Shown here: piece by piece, positions 27,701 to 38,508 of the stretch | Numbering within the stretch: the first letter of the stretch is position 1 | Layout of the letters: every line of letters starts with the position of its first letter | NCBI GenBank assembly: GCA_012026655.1 | Contig: JAAILG010000643.1 | Coordinates: 1 to 64,000 of the forward strand | Reading direction: 5' to 3' | Source: Hydrolagus affinis | Lineage: Eukaryota | DNA length: 64,000 nt | The notes under the pieces: generated by a model | What the model was told of the DNA's origin: nothing | The model's database searches: none | What the model saw: only the letters and a program-made list of their open reading frames with translations | Position numbers and translations under genes: made by a program

Positions 27701-30700
27701 CCTTTCATTTGTTCTTGTAAATATATAAATTACTGGAATGATTATATGCTGAGACGCGTGCATGATCTCTGTTGTCTGAATTTATCTGAAGCTGAATTAT
27801 CCTTCAGACTGTCTTGACATACGGTGTTTTACCTGTTGTTGACATGATTTGATCCCAGGAGTGGGTTGTACTAAGTCAACTCTGCTACATTATTGAAATT
27901 CTTTTCATTGTTGATGCATGCATGGGAAATTACAAAAACATTAAGCATATCCCGTGGGATAAAACCATACTGCAAAACAATTGATTTATTACTCTCTGCA
28001 TTTGTCAGATTAAGCCAGTGTTTTTCCAATTACTCTGGAGATTAAACTGCTCTTTAATTGTTCCTAGCCGCAGCTCAACTTCTAATCGTTAAATCGTACT
28101 GTATACAAGGAGACCATTCTAGTGTGCTTATTAATTGAGTGTAATATATAGTTTATATATATTGTCAACATATCTTGTTATGTTTGAGTTGGATTGCTAA
28201 ATGGCAAATTTGTGGGCATTTGGATTTGTGACTTGTTTTCCAAATGGCCTCATCTCCAGTATTCAATCATAGAACTGAATTGATTTTTCTGCAGAGCCAC
28301 GTGAATTGATACATGGTTGATTTGAATTGAAATGTAAACTGTGCTTTAAATCTAACATCAGTGCATGTTCACTAAATCAATGGAATAGTGGAATTTTGTC
28401 AACTACCACAGAAATAGCTAATTTCAAGAGGTCATTTCTCGTACTATGGCAATAAATCAGCTGAAAAACTTAACTATCTGGCAACTCTCTCCCCTTGAAC
28501 TTCGTGTTGGTTATCAACATTTTTGGAATAGCACCTCTGCAAGCTATCAAACTTTCACATTTGACACTGTTTGCTAAATTGCTTTGGTGAAGAGTTGCCT
28601 CAAATCTGTACTTATAGGGTATCAAATAACCAACTAGTGACTATTCTCCCTCAAGAGGGAGAGGTGGGGCAGATGTAAGCAGCATTTCCTTGAGAGGAGC
28701 AAGACAAATCTGGCACAATGAAGGGGTGGGGGAACAAAGGTAAGAAGGGTCTTGAACGAAGGTGCGTTAAAAGAGGAAGGCTTTGAGGCTGAAAGCCTAA
28801 CTGCTAATAGTTGATTAAGCATGATGATGGATTTCCTCATGTCAGATATTTTTTGACAGACAAAAAAAAATGATATAATGTTTAATCATATAATTCATCA
28901 AGCAGATTTTGTTTTAGTTTGGAGGGCTTTGCAATATGTTCTAATAAACCTACTCTCTTACAGAGGGGACTGGATCCAAGTTGGTCTCTGCTATCCCAGA
29001 GGAACAGTTTTTAAAATCATGTGTGATATAAACAAGCGACAGACTGGAAGAGTACACAGTGTGCAACGATACAAAGCAGCACTGTCAATCAGCACCTTGC
29101 AGAAAAACCCAGACAAGAATTTGTATTATTTCGACAGTGATATGGGGTAGGTACTGTTTGTATTTTTGAAAGGAAAGTGTCAATTGCTAATTGTTTAAAT
29201 TTGTTTCATGAGGCTAGTTGGCATAATGAGAACTGAAACTTTGATTTATTTGTTGAAGTATCATCCAACAAATGGCCTTTCCACTGCTAGCAACCTTTTG
29301 GATATATGCAATTGTGACATTTTCAATGCACGTGTACAAGCTGATCGATTGAAAGATAAGTAAAAGTACTTATACTTTGCTAGATGGAAAAGTAAGTGTT
29401 TTCCGTTATGTAGATAGCATAGGTAGCAAAAGTTGCACATGGAAACTGTCAATCAACTGTTGCTTTCAATTTCAGTAGTTGAAAAATATTTGCATTTCTA
29501 ATAAGAATTCCTCTCATTCGAAGAAAAACCCATTAATTTATTTTAGTAATAGTTTGCCCTTCAGCATATTAGGCCTTTTAACGGATTGTAGCTTTATTTT
29601 ATATAAGGAAACATGTTGATGTATTTTTGTTTGCTTAAATATTTGCCATGCCCATTCTGGCATAAATAAAAATGCATCTTTTGTTCTGTCAATGGATTAT
29701 AAATGAAACTTGTAACATGCCCCATTCAGGGTTTATATATGGGAAGAGTTAAACCATACAAAATAATTACATTCAGGTCAAGCTGAATGACATTCCAGTT
29801 CTCCCTATAAACACAGTTATAGTTATTGAAGCGGGCTGGAATAAATTTATGTTGTGAACAGTATTGTATGTTTGAAATAATTGAGCTGCTTGGCAAAGAC
29901 TGAACCTAATGAACTTCCAAGATGCTTTTGAGTGCCAGGACGTATAACCTGGGCAGTGCAATATATGGTGTTACATATTTTGGGGGGAGTTTTTTTTCCG
30001 TTACAATCACCTCTTGTAACAGTTTAACCAACAAGCATTGTGTCTGCATTGCCTTCAGTGCATGTGGAAATGTGTGACTGTCTCACAAATGATTTTGTTG
30101 AAGTCACCTAAAACATTCATTTTACTTCACCATATTATGTTAATTGAGCAAACGTAAGATAAATCTGAAAAAAATCAATGTTATTTATATGCTGCACTAT
30201 ATTTGGATTATTAGATCCATTCACATAAAAAAGATATGATTTATATCAACTGATAAGTACCAAATCACAGGTTGAATATGCATAGCAAAGGCTCTTCATC
30301 GGTTATTCTCTTTACACCACAAGGCAAGCTACCTTCTCCCATAAGAAGATATGAATTTGATTGGACCATGAACTGGTCTCCCTTCATCTGTTTTCAATTG
30401 TGATCTCATTTCCATTAAATATTAAATATTTTACCAAGATTATGTCATTATGTCTGGTATAAATTTAGTCGATCCTATAAGACCCTCACCCCTTAAAAGT
30501 TTCAGCGTTGTGGAGCGTTTTCAGAAATGCAATCCACTCTTTATTATAGTATTCCCAAAGAGAAGCTTTTTAATTTATCTTGAAGCTGGACGCATTTCAT
30601 TTCTACTGTGGGTTGGCTTCAGTTCATATCACAGTAGAAAGGTCCCAGAGTACATCTGAACAAAAGAAGAGTCTGATCTAGATGTATTCAAATATTAACA

Positions 30701-33700
30701 CATTTGGGGTTCTGCTTACTATCTAAAATAATTTCCCAATAATATTATTCAAGTTGCTTCAGCTCTAATATACCAAGTTGCAGAAATAAAATTGCATTTG
30801 AAAACAAATTGATGATATTACTGTATATAATTATATACAGGTAGACCCCGCTGAATGTTGCCTCGCTTGACGTTGTTTTGTTATCACGTTGCTGATACAT
30901 TGGGAACTTATATTCATTTAATGTTGCGATGTTCGCTATTACGTTGTTTGCGCGGGTGGAAAGGGGGCCCGACAGCGCTAGGACCAGCGAGAGAGAGAGA
31001 CAGCCAGCAGCGAGTGAAACCAGCCAGGCCAGCAGCGAGTGAGGCCGGCAGCGAGTGAGTGAGCCAGGCAGGAAGTCAGGGAGCGATTATATGTGTTTTT
31101 TCGAAAAGTTTGACAACAAATGGCCAAAAGAACCTAACTCCAGTTTTTACATTCATTCCTATGGGAGACCTGTATTCGCTTAACGTCTTTTCGCTTAAAG
31201 TCTCGCTTTGCAAGAACCAAACTATGACGTTAAGCGGGATCTACCTATATATCAAATTCTATTTATTAGCTTGCAAAGCACCTTTTCTACCTGTAGCAGG
31301 AAGGGATACTGGTTACCTATCCGTTTCAGAATTTTTGAAGCAGACTGCTCAGATACACTGATTAAACTTTTGAACTGAACAGTGAAATGGGAAACGTGAT
31401 AATTTCCTTGTTGTACTATTTGTTCTGCCTGGGAGTTCATGGTTGATATTCTCCATGAGGTGCACTTGTGAGATATAAATTCAATTTTTTGTTCCTGTCA
31501 GAATCCTCTTTATTATTCTTCAAACAAAGCACATTCGGAAAGGTCACAGTTATTGCTCCAAATATGGCTGTGAACGGGTCAAAATATCAGCACACATGAT
31601 GTCCTGGGGAGTGAATGACTACTTTCAGAAATTATACCCAGTGAAGTACCCAAATATGCCATCTTATCTGTTGCCTCTGACTCAGCAAACAACTGCACCT
31701 TGTAACCAGTGTGGTGCCCCACAGGTATGTCTTCAACAATCAGTCTTAAAATACTGTGTACATACACGTGCACACTCTTCGCTGTATAGGACTGTGTATT
31801 GCCAATTACTGCACCAATTACTGCAGGCAGTCATTGGCAAATCGCACTAAGTGATCCACTGAATAAAAATGGAAGTTATTGCTTGTGTTAACAGTTCTTC
31901 AACTTTTATTATTGTAATACTTGTTTTTAATTGACAACACAGAAGATAGAATCATAGAATTTTACGGCACAAAAGGAGGCCATTTGGCCCATCTAGTCTG
32001 TGCCGGCTCTTTGAAAAGAGCAACTCAATGCTTGATATAATGTATGTTGCACTTAAAAATGTTAGGCAACAACCTGTTTAGGTCCCTATAATGGGGTTGG
32101 AAGTTGGTATGAATTGTATACTTTCTGAAACCTCGTTCCTCAGAGTTTGGGCTAAAGTATAATTCCTCCTGTCTGAGTCTGGTTATCCCATGTGTTTCAC
32201 TGTCAATTTCAGACTAAATGTACAATATAATGAGTATATTATTCTGAATCAACTTGCATTGAATAAAGTACTGTACTTTCCTTTGTATGGTATTCCAGGT
32301 TGCTATCACCAGTGATCCACATAGAAAGTATGTCAGGATTCAGATACAATCACAGAGTAGAGCTGATATTCAGAATGGACAAAGACTTGCCTTCATCAAG
32401 GTAAAATGTAATGAGCCATGGAATTTATGTTCAACAGATTCCAACTACCATATGATGTAGGTATGGGCTCAAATGGCTGCTGTGTTTAACCTACCATACA
32501 CAGTAAACATTACAGTACATCCTGTGAAGCACTTTTAGGTGTCCAAAACTCTGCCGCCCACATCCTCACCCACTCCAAGCTTCGCTCCCCCATTACCCCA
32601 GTCCTTGCCAGACTTCACTGGCTCCCTATCCCAGAGAGGATCGACTTCAAGATCCTCACTCTTTTTTTCAAATCCCTCTGCACCCCCCTATCTCTCTGAT
32701 CTCCTCTCCCCCCAACCCAGCACCCGCTGCCTTCGCTCCTCTGGGTCTGGCCTCCTCCATGTCCCCCCGAATCCTCTGCTCCACCCTTGGCGGCCGTGCC
32801 TTCAGCCACTACGCCCTGAACCTCTGGAACTCACTTCCTTCACCTCGCCCCCTCTCTTCCCAGTTTCAGGTCACAGCTGAAGACCTTTCTCTTCGACCGC
32901 GCTTTTGGTCACCTTTCTGCCCCTGCCCCTGTCTCGGTCCCGGGATCCGCTATTGTAAAGTGCTCTGAGACGCCGTCCGGCGTGGAGGGCGCTATATAAA
33001 TTGAAGTTGTTGTTGTTGTCTTAAGTGAATAAATAATTCCAGAAAGTATTCACGCAGGTTTGCGAGAGCCAAGGCTTGCAGATCTCACAGTCTGTTTCGG
33101 GGTACTGCTGGACTTTAACAAGCTAAAAATACTTTGCTTGCCATTGTTTGGTAAGATCTCTGTTGCTGAGCAAGCTTCTTGCTGCTTGTCCAGCTTGCCT
33201 GTTAAGATTTTGGATGGTAGGATTTTGGATAACAGGAGCCAGGTGGGAAGAATCCCTATAAGAAAGTAAAATCAGAATAGAAAGTGAGGGAAAAGAGCGA
33301 CAGAAGTATGAAGTGTATCTATTTGCAGTTTAGTTAGTTGATCATTTCCAACAACATAAATCATAGTCGATTTTCTTCAACCCTGCAGAAAAACAAATAG
33401 ATTAAAGGTGCAGGATCGAGGTGCTATATGACGAACATTGTTTGTGTAATCCAATGTATACGGAGCCACTGATCTGAATTGTAGCTTTATAGAGGGCGCA
33501 GTGAAGGGAAAAAATAATTAACAGAGCCTTCCCTTGTCGGAAATCGGAGGAACAGTTGGGCAGACAATTCTCATGGCCTTGTGAGCCAGCGACCAGTCAC
33601 AGCGTGACTTTGGTAGAAAAGTAAATGTTGCCTATGCACCCTGATAAACAGAAGATGAAGAAGAAGAACAGTAAGCTAGGGACGTCCTCCTGACATGGAA

Positions 33701-36700
33701 GGCACTATACAAATGTAATTTTGTTGTAAGAGAGAGAGAGCTCTGTTCTTCCAGTTTTGACTTAATTTTAATTTCACCAACATTTCTCCAGTGCCAAAGT
33801 GGAACTCGGATTCTAAGGGAGGGCGTGGAGGGCAGGGAGGGACTCACTGTTGTAATTTTAGTCCATTGTTGGGTGTCCTTACTCTGTTATGTGCTCGGAC
33901 ACAATTGATGCTAATAATCAAGAAATGATGTGTAGAAATCCTAGATCCATAACGGAGTCGCTAGGCTGGAGTACCGAACAGACTCCACATTCCTTTCAAA
34001 CAAAACTCTTAGTTTTACCAAGTTGAATTATGTGCTGTACAGAATTACGAGGTAGGGGAACCAGCTGTATGCTAAATTATCAGTTTACGTGGCTGACTCT
34101 TTTGCCATCAGCAGCAATGCAATTCCTCACTGGTCATGGCATAAATCAACTCATCACAAAATACATAGGAACTTTCCTGATGGAGGGTGCGGGGGAGGGG
34201 GAAGGGAGTTTGGATGTTCTGACAAATCATGAATAAAAGCTGAAATTTTAGGCTTCTTTTGTTGTTGCAATGAATCATTCATGTGTTCCAAAAGAATAAG
34301 ATCAGATTTCGTATACTGGTTTTGTTTACATGGTTTCTATGCTAAATTTAATTTAACAGTTCAGTACAAGCCCAATGTCTGACAAAATCACTTCATTTCT
34401 AATCAGTTATATTTTGTAAAGTGCTTTATTTTTAGAACCACAGAGATTTACAGCACAGAAGAACTTGTTTTGTGTGGAAGTTTCAAGTTATAGTTATTAA
34501 ACATATACCATTAACTCTTGGTCAATGTATGTATTTTGTTCCAATAAGTATTTGACCTAAATTAATTGAGTAGCTGCTCTGAGAAGAACGTGAAGGGTGG
34601 TTGAATAGATAGTTTAGATTTAACTTCTATACATAGAAGATAGTTGAGGTGTTAATTGCTTTGCCTGTAGCTTCAACAAAAAAATTGGTCAGGATTTTGA
34701 GGTCGAACGGAATTGGTGGAGACAGGGAGTGATGATATTTGAAATGAAGCTGGCCAGATGGCCTGTAATGGCCTTTTCCAGTCCTGCTTATTGCCATTTT
34801 CCTAGGCCTCTGAGCCACATTATAGGACTCAAAGACTACATTTCATAGCATTTTACAATCGGCATTCTGGCATCTCCACAATGCTCTTTTCCTATTTGAG
34901 TCCATTTGGAGAAAGTTAACACAACCCTAGATGCTTTATCGATTCATTCGCTTCCTCAAAACAAAAATAACGTCTTTCTCTTTTGTTCCTGTAGGTAAAT
35001 GATGAAGTTTTCCTGTTTGAGAAGCCAGGGCTGTTTTTCATTGTGATGGATGCATGTTCTGGAGACATTGTAAGCAGGCAGCATTTTGATACTGTCCTTG
35101 TTCCCCGGGTGGTTGATGTCATTGCTAATTACATCAAGATAACTATACAAGATAGGTGAGCAGATGGACCATTAAACACATTTCAAATGTTGCCAACTAA
35201 CACTGTGAAAACAGCTGTAGTGGCTGCCGTAAATGGATGATCACTGTAATTCAAATAAAGGGATTTAATATAAACCTTCCGCTGGAATATAATACTTTTC
35301 AAGATCACACATTTTTTTAAAAAAAATTAAGATACTTGAATACATGTGGATAGTGAACAGAGCGCTGAGTGGAAGGGAGGGAGGTAAATTGAGGGGGGAT
35401 TACCTTTGCCCTTCAAGGTCTTTCACAAATGGTTTAACGTCAAACTGCTCTCAGTTCTTAGTTTCACCCGAGTGTATTCTTGCTAATCATTTCCTGCCTC
35501 CGTTGCTTGCAGGTCAATTGTTATGGTTTGTTCAAGAGATGATGCTGCATGGCAGCTGACCTCCAGGTCTTCGGCTTTCCTCAGGCTTGGTGCTGCACAG
35601 CCAGTAGGATTATTCATGAAAGGTGATGGGTAACTTTTTGCACGCTCACATTTAGCTCGTTTTGTGACTCAAAGGCATCTTTAAACGTATCAATCAATCC
35701 TTTCTGTCAGGTGCAGGGGGAGGGAAATGTTGGACACAAATAGATTATTTGCTGAAATAGAATGCACAGAATCCAGGCCATCAATTTAAAGAGATGTTAA
35801 ATATCAGTTGTTTACAGCATGAAAGATTCATGAGTGTCTTCCTTTTGGGGGGGAAAAAAAACTGAAATAATCCTGGAGCACAATGTTCTTGCTATTTTTG
35901 TGCTGAAGAATTTGCATGGTTTTGTGTTTGAGTTTTAGAACAGTGAACCAAAGAGCAAGTTTGCAATATCTGTACAATTTACAAACTATGTCACACAAGC
36001 CCCACTTTGCTTTGGTCTCTTACCTTGGAGCCTTTATTTTGTGGCTAGGTTTTATTTTCACCCATGTGAATTGTTTTTATTTTTGTTGCATGCAATATCC
36101 TGTGAGCAATAAAATGATCAGGTCAGCCCACAGAATGAAAAATGAGACAGTAAACCTAAGAAGCAAATTCCAGATGTATATAAATGTTTGCCAATTCTTA
36201 ATTTGTTCCTGACTTGTTAGATACTGGTACAGTTCTTTTTGTTATATCAAAGTTGCTGAAAAACTTATTTTCGTCTGTCAAAGGCTATGCATTGTACAAT
36301 GGGAATCCATTGCAATGTTTTGGAGGGAGCAATCTTGTTAAGTGGTCTGCATATTATTGCAACACATTTTAACTTGGTAAATTTAACCAAAGAAATAAAA
36401 TTTCGAGATGCAATGTTTAGTTTGGGACATGGCAAGTCAGGCGACTGCCAGGATGGTGTAAGGCGAACCTTAGTCTTCATTCACTTAGCAAATTATGATG
36501 TTCTTAATGGTTACAAGTTTTGACAGATCATCAGGTAATGTATGCAAAAATAATTGCAGGTGTTGTGTTGTCTGCGTTATTCCCATTATGAGAGCATCTC
36601 TAATGCTTGGTTATTGCTCTTTCTTGAAAGTCAAATATTTTGGAATCTCACCAGTAACCACCATATTGTTACCTCTGGAGCTTTTGCATCAGTATTTTCA

Positions 36701-37065
36701 CATCTCGGTTGAGACAGTTTTAATGCATACTTTTTATCTGTACAGGTTCAGACTATTAAGAACCGCCAATTTTCCCATGGACTTCATTCTGTAGCCTAAA
36801 ATGATTTATGAAAATAACGAGAGCACAGAAAATAATCATTAGCTCTTTTTTTTGTCTCTTCTTTTTCTTACATTCAGGAAGTTTTGCTATGCTAGGATTC
36901 AAAGGGCAGATGAAGCCAGAGTGGATTAAAGTTGTAACCCACAGTGCCAGGCAGAAGGCAGCTTCTCTCCAGCATTATGTCCCGTTGAAATTGAACAAAT
37001 ATGGCTGTTCAGAAAACGCAAAGGAAACTCGGAAAGATGTAAAGTTGTACCACAATCTCATATAG
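653..37065 (+). CDS. Gene 1 (whole span, 5' partial): CEMIP2/TMEM2-like cell-surface hyaluronidase family paralog, 22 coding exons
   Basis: 22 exons join in frame (3821 nt, phases consistent) from GCPDK..WNPGH through G8, GG, PbH1 repeats and the second GG domain to ..KLYHNLI*. It lacks the WxxW insert and has a single large G8/GG exon, as recalled for CEMIP2. Orthology to CEMIP2 itself is uncertain, so no symbol is given. Confidence 0.93.
1275..1833 (+). CDS. Gene 1 exon (G8 + GG1)
   Basis: cacag|GA..CAG|gtaag; [37 protein letters not shown]. Confidence 0.95.
2245..2448 (+). mobile_element. L2-clade LINE 3' fragment
   Basis: Ends in the family tail ..cagcgccttggga..acgtgaaaggcgcta..gtaattttgttgtt. 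Confidence 0.75.
3408..3577 (+). CDS. Gene 1 exon
   Basis: ttcag|A..AAG|gtaaa; [21 protein letters not shown]. Confidence 0.93.
3628..4222 (-). mobile_element. L2-clade LINE 3' end with ORF2 C-terminus
   Basis: Minus-strand [44 protein letters not shown], typical of the L2 ORF2 C-terminus; (CAA)n tail at the left. Confidence 0.88.
4375..4563 (+). CDS. Gene 1 exon
   Basis: gcag|GT..ATG|gtatg; [27 protein letters not shown]. Confidence 0.93.
4831..5000 (+). CDS. Gene 1 exon
   Basis: tgcag|GT..AGG|gtaagt; [27 protein letters not shown]. Confidence 0.94.
5265..5625 (-). mobile_element. L2-clade LINE 3' fragment with internal deletion
   Basis: Highly similar to 3628-4150 but lacks about 170 nt of the middle; (CAA)n tail. 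Confidence 0.85.
6000..6209 (+). CDS. Gene 1 exon (PbH1)
   Basis: ctctag|ATC..CTG|gtatg; [31 protein letters not shown]. Confidence 0.94.
6271..6551 (-). mobile_element. tRNA-headed Deu-core SINE
   Basis: Reverse copy of the family at 56047 (head, ..gtgggacactgctgtg..aattggctgcc core, tail). Confidence 0.8.
7432..7637 (+). CDS. Gene 1 exon (PbH1)
   Basis: tttaag|GTC..CAT|gtaag; [23 protein letters not shown]. Confidence 0.94.
8302..8371 (+). CDS. Gene 1 exon
   Basis: tgcag|G..CAG|gtaca; [23 protein letters not shown]. Confidence 0.93.
8775..8903 (+). CDS. Gene 1 exon (followed by GC donor)
   Basis: cccag|GAC..AAG|gcgagt; [25 protein letters not shown]. Confidence 0.9.
10255..10340 (+). 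CDS. Gene 1 exon
   Basis: ctctag|GCT..AAG|gtaat; [23 protein letters not shown]. Confidence 0.9.
10680..10945 (+). mobile_element. L2-clade LINE 3' fragment
   Basis: ctctggaactccatccc..ttcaaggccagtctcaagacc..gtgaaagacgctctataaatgt. Confidence 0.82.
12030..12557 (+). mobile_element. L2-clade LINE 3' fragment
   Basis: Frameshifted LHRLQIIQ / [14 protein letters not shown] remnants; (TTG)n tail. Confidence 0.82.
12652..12783 (+). CDS. Gene 1 exon
   Basis: catag|G..AGG|gtatg; [28 protein letters not shown]. Confidence 0.93.
12911..12946 (+). CDS. Gene 1 36-nt microexon
   Basis: ttacag|G..AAG|gtaac; [12 protein letters not shown]. Confidence 0.92.
14709..14861 (+). CDS. Gene 1 exon
   Basis: ccatag|T..CAG|gtaga; [22 protein letters not shown]. 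Confidence 0.93.
14988..15165 (+). CDS. Gene 1 exon
   Basis: ttatag|A..AGT|gtaag; [25 protein letters not shown]. Confidence 0.94.
15780..16010 (-). mobile_element. Ancient, degraded LF-SINE-like element
   Basis: agttgagttcagcaacttagcat..gggaattgaac resembles the reverse of a recalled LF-SINE head; heavily diverged. Confidence 0.35.
16809..17024 (+). CDS. Gene 1 exon
   Basis: ttgtag|GTG..CAG|gtagt; [34 protein letters not shown]. Confidence 0.94.
18645..18745 (+). mobile_element. L2 3' tail
   Basis: gactgttcagtgccttgggatgtcc..acgtgaaaggcgca..ttgttgttg. Confidence 0.78.
19340..19660 (-). mobile_element. Older L2 3' fragment
   Basis: Minus strand shows WNSI / TFKARLETY remnants of the L2 ORF2 end. 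Confidence 0.65.
19924..20132 (+). CDS. Gene 1 exon
   Basis: cttag|CTC..CAG|gtacc; LYVQA..ITRD.YP..QQYQAVV..WNGRAP..INFN. Confidence 0.92.
21297..21431 (-). mobile_element. Penelope-associated short repeat carrying a decayed minimal hammerhead motif
   Basis: Near-identical to 49606-49708; the minus strand begins AGTT-CTGACGA-A-GGGTT-GTA-GACCC-AAAACGTT-GACT. Confidence 0.7.
23826..23945 (-). mobile_element. SINE 3' tail fragment
   Basis: aataataatccttgcatttgatatagcacttttcacgtc..gtaaagtgaattgactgt. Confidence 0.8.
25217..25395 (-). mobile_element. Deu-core SINE 3' half
   Basis: Tail plus core, reverse of 25900-26076. Confidence 0.82.
25790..26076 (+). mobile_element. tRNA-headed Deu-core SINE, near full length
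   Basis: ggagttctgtagctcagtggttagagcac head (A box), core and aaggattaattat tail. Confidence 0.85.
28964..29146 (+). CDS. Gene 1 exon
   Basis: ttacag|A..TGG|gtagg; [22 protein letters not shown]. Confidence 0.92.
30838..31247. mobile_element. Non-autonomous Tigger/pogo-type (Tc1-mariner) MITE
   Basis: TA|CAGGTAGACCCCGCTGAATGT..ACGTTAAGCGGGATCTACCTA|TA: imperfect TIRs of about 21 nt and a TA target-site duplication. Confidence 0.8.
31502..31724 (+). CDS. Gene 1 exon
   Basis: tgtcag|A..CAG|gtatg; [30 protein letters not shown]. Confidence 0.92.
31946..32022 (-). mobile_element. CR1 LINE 3' tail
   Basis: atagaatcatagaat..ggaggccatttggcccatc..gctctttgaaaagagc; the reverse copy is at 53500-53642. 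Confidence 0.75.
32299..32400 (+). CDS. Gene 1 exon
   Basis: ttccag|GTT..AAG|gtaaa; [21 protein letters not shown]. Confidence 0.88.
32545..33020 (+). mobile_element. L2-clade LINE 3' end (second subfamily)
   Basis: [20 protein letters not shown] and [17 protein letters not shown] remnants; gcgctatataaattgaagttgttgttg tail. Confidence 0.87.
34995..35155 (+). CDS. Gene 1 exon (GG2)
   Basis: ctgtag|GTA..TAG|gtgag; [19 protein letters not shown].. Confidence 0.88.
35513..35622 (+). CDS. Gene 1 exon (GG2)
   Basis: ttgcag|G..AAG|gtgat; [21 protein letters not shown]; phase fits both neighbouring exons. Confidence 0.85.
36878..37065 (+). CDS. Gene 1 last coding exon
   Basis: attcag|GA; [33 protein letters not shown] at 37063-37065. 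Confidence 0.92.
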
Positions 37066-37193
37066 GTCACCTAAGCTATAACATTAGAAACAAGATGACG
37101 ACGGAATACATTCTACTGGATTTCCCTAATTATCAAATGTATAAAAGTGCTGAATCTCTGTCACATTACTTGTATTTTTGTATCACTGGTTTA

Positions 37194-37199
37194 AATAAA
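37194..37199 (+). terminator. Candidate polyadenylation signal of gene 1
   Basis: AATAAA about 130 nt after the stop codon; usage not proven. Confidence 0.55.
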
Positions 37200-38379
37200 T
37201 ATGTTGCATACAAAAAGCTTCATCTGTTCCATCTTTGAATAATTTGCAACACGAAGAGTTATTTTTCCCACTGCCTAACAATGCGGAACAAATTCTCTCT
37301 GTTATTTATTTTTGCTAACAAATTGTCCATTGCACTTGTCAAATTGTAACTGAATGATCAGTCCACCGATCTTTGGCATAACTGATGTTGTATAAATCAG
37401 AGAACACTATATATTTTTTCACTTGCGCTGAAGAACTGAACAATATTCAAGAACTGAACAATATTCATGTACTCTTAATTGCAAAATGTTTGTTCCAGTT
37501 TTTGAAATGTGTACGGATTTATAACCAAAGATGTCTGCAAAGCATTTATTCTGAATTATAATCACAATATATTGGAATGAGTCTCAGCATGTTATATAAT
37601 TTGTGGCTTTTTTTTTAATATCATAATATGGCTAATGCTAACCCAGTCCTCAAGCAGTTTCTTACATTAAACTTGTGCCGTGTTTCTGCTCTGTGATGTC
37701 TGAAGTATGTTTCCAATGACTGAATTATACAGTTTTATTCAATTTAGGTTTATTTTGGGCTCTGGAGAGTATGTGTATCTCGTTGTTAAAAATAGAAATA
37801 TGTTTTCAAAACAGTTTGTTTAAAAGTATTGCAGTGAATTATAATCATGGAATGCAAATGGCACAGCATCCAGTAATGCAATACAACATACAATTTGTCT
37901 GTGCAACTTTACATGCAATGCCACTATTAACTCTTTGAACACCAGGCTTCGTTTGGAACTTTCCAATACTTAATATGTTGGGTTCAATGTCTTTACCTCA
38001 ATGTTAACTCAATTAACCAGCAAATTTAATCAGAAAAAATGAACTTCTTGAATGGACAATTTGCATGTTACTGTACTATGGTTTATAATTTCACACCTGC
38101 TGTACTTTAGTAATTGTATTACAATCTGCTAAAGGTTAAAAGCAGTAGTAGCGATTATGACACAACACATGTTTGATTTACAGTAGTGGTGCTACCACTG
38201 TGTTAAACCACCTTAAGAACTTCTGAAGGGAAAACTGAGCTGTTTCTCTTTGGAGGCGAGGTGGCTCCAGGTTGACTAGTCTGACTGAGGGAGACAAGAG
38301 GGAACTCTGGTGGACTCAGTGATCTGATATCTGAGTGAGGCAGGTCTGCAGTGGTTTGAGGCACTTAATCATTGACCAA

Positions 38380-38508
38380 TCTGCCCTGTTTACCAGTTTG
38401 ACTTTGAAGGATAGATATGGCACTGGGAGTCAATCTTTCCAGCCAGTTGCCCTGCAAGCTATGGTCCTAGCTAGACAGGCTAGGAAAACTTCTGAGTGCC
38501 TCAAACAG
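38380..38508 (+). other. Candidate non-coding 5' exon of gene 2 (start uncertain)
   Basis: Perfect donor CAG|GTAAGT at 38508/9 ends a locally more GC-rich stretch with a CCAAT near 38375. The ATG exon has an acceptor at 39585 that needs an upstream exon. Confidence 0.4.

Noticed and set aside
20133-28963. Possible nested gene or snoRNA in the 8.8-kb intron
   Set aside because: Only short ORFs and repeat remnants are seen; no supportable box C/D or H/ACA structure.
37431-37467. 18-nt direct tandem duplication (aagaactgaacaatattc x2)
   Set aside because: Ordinary slippage-type duplication with no evidence of function.
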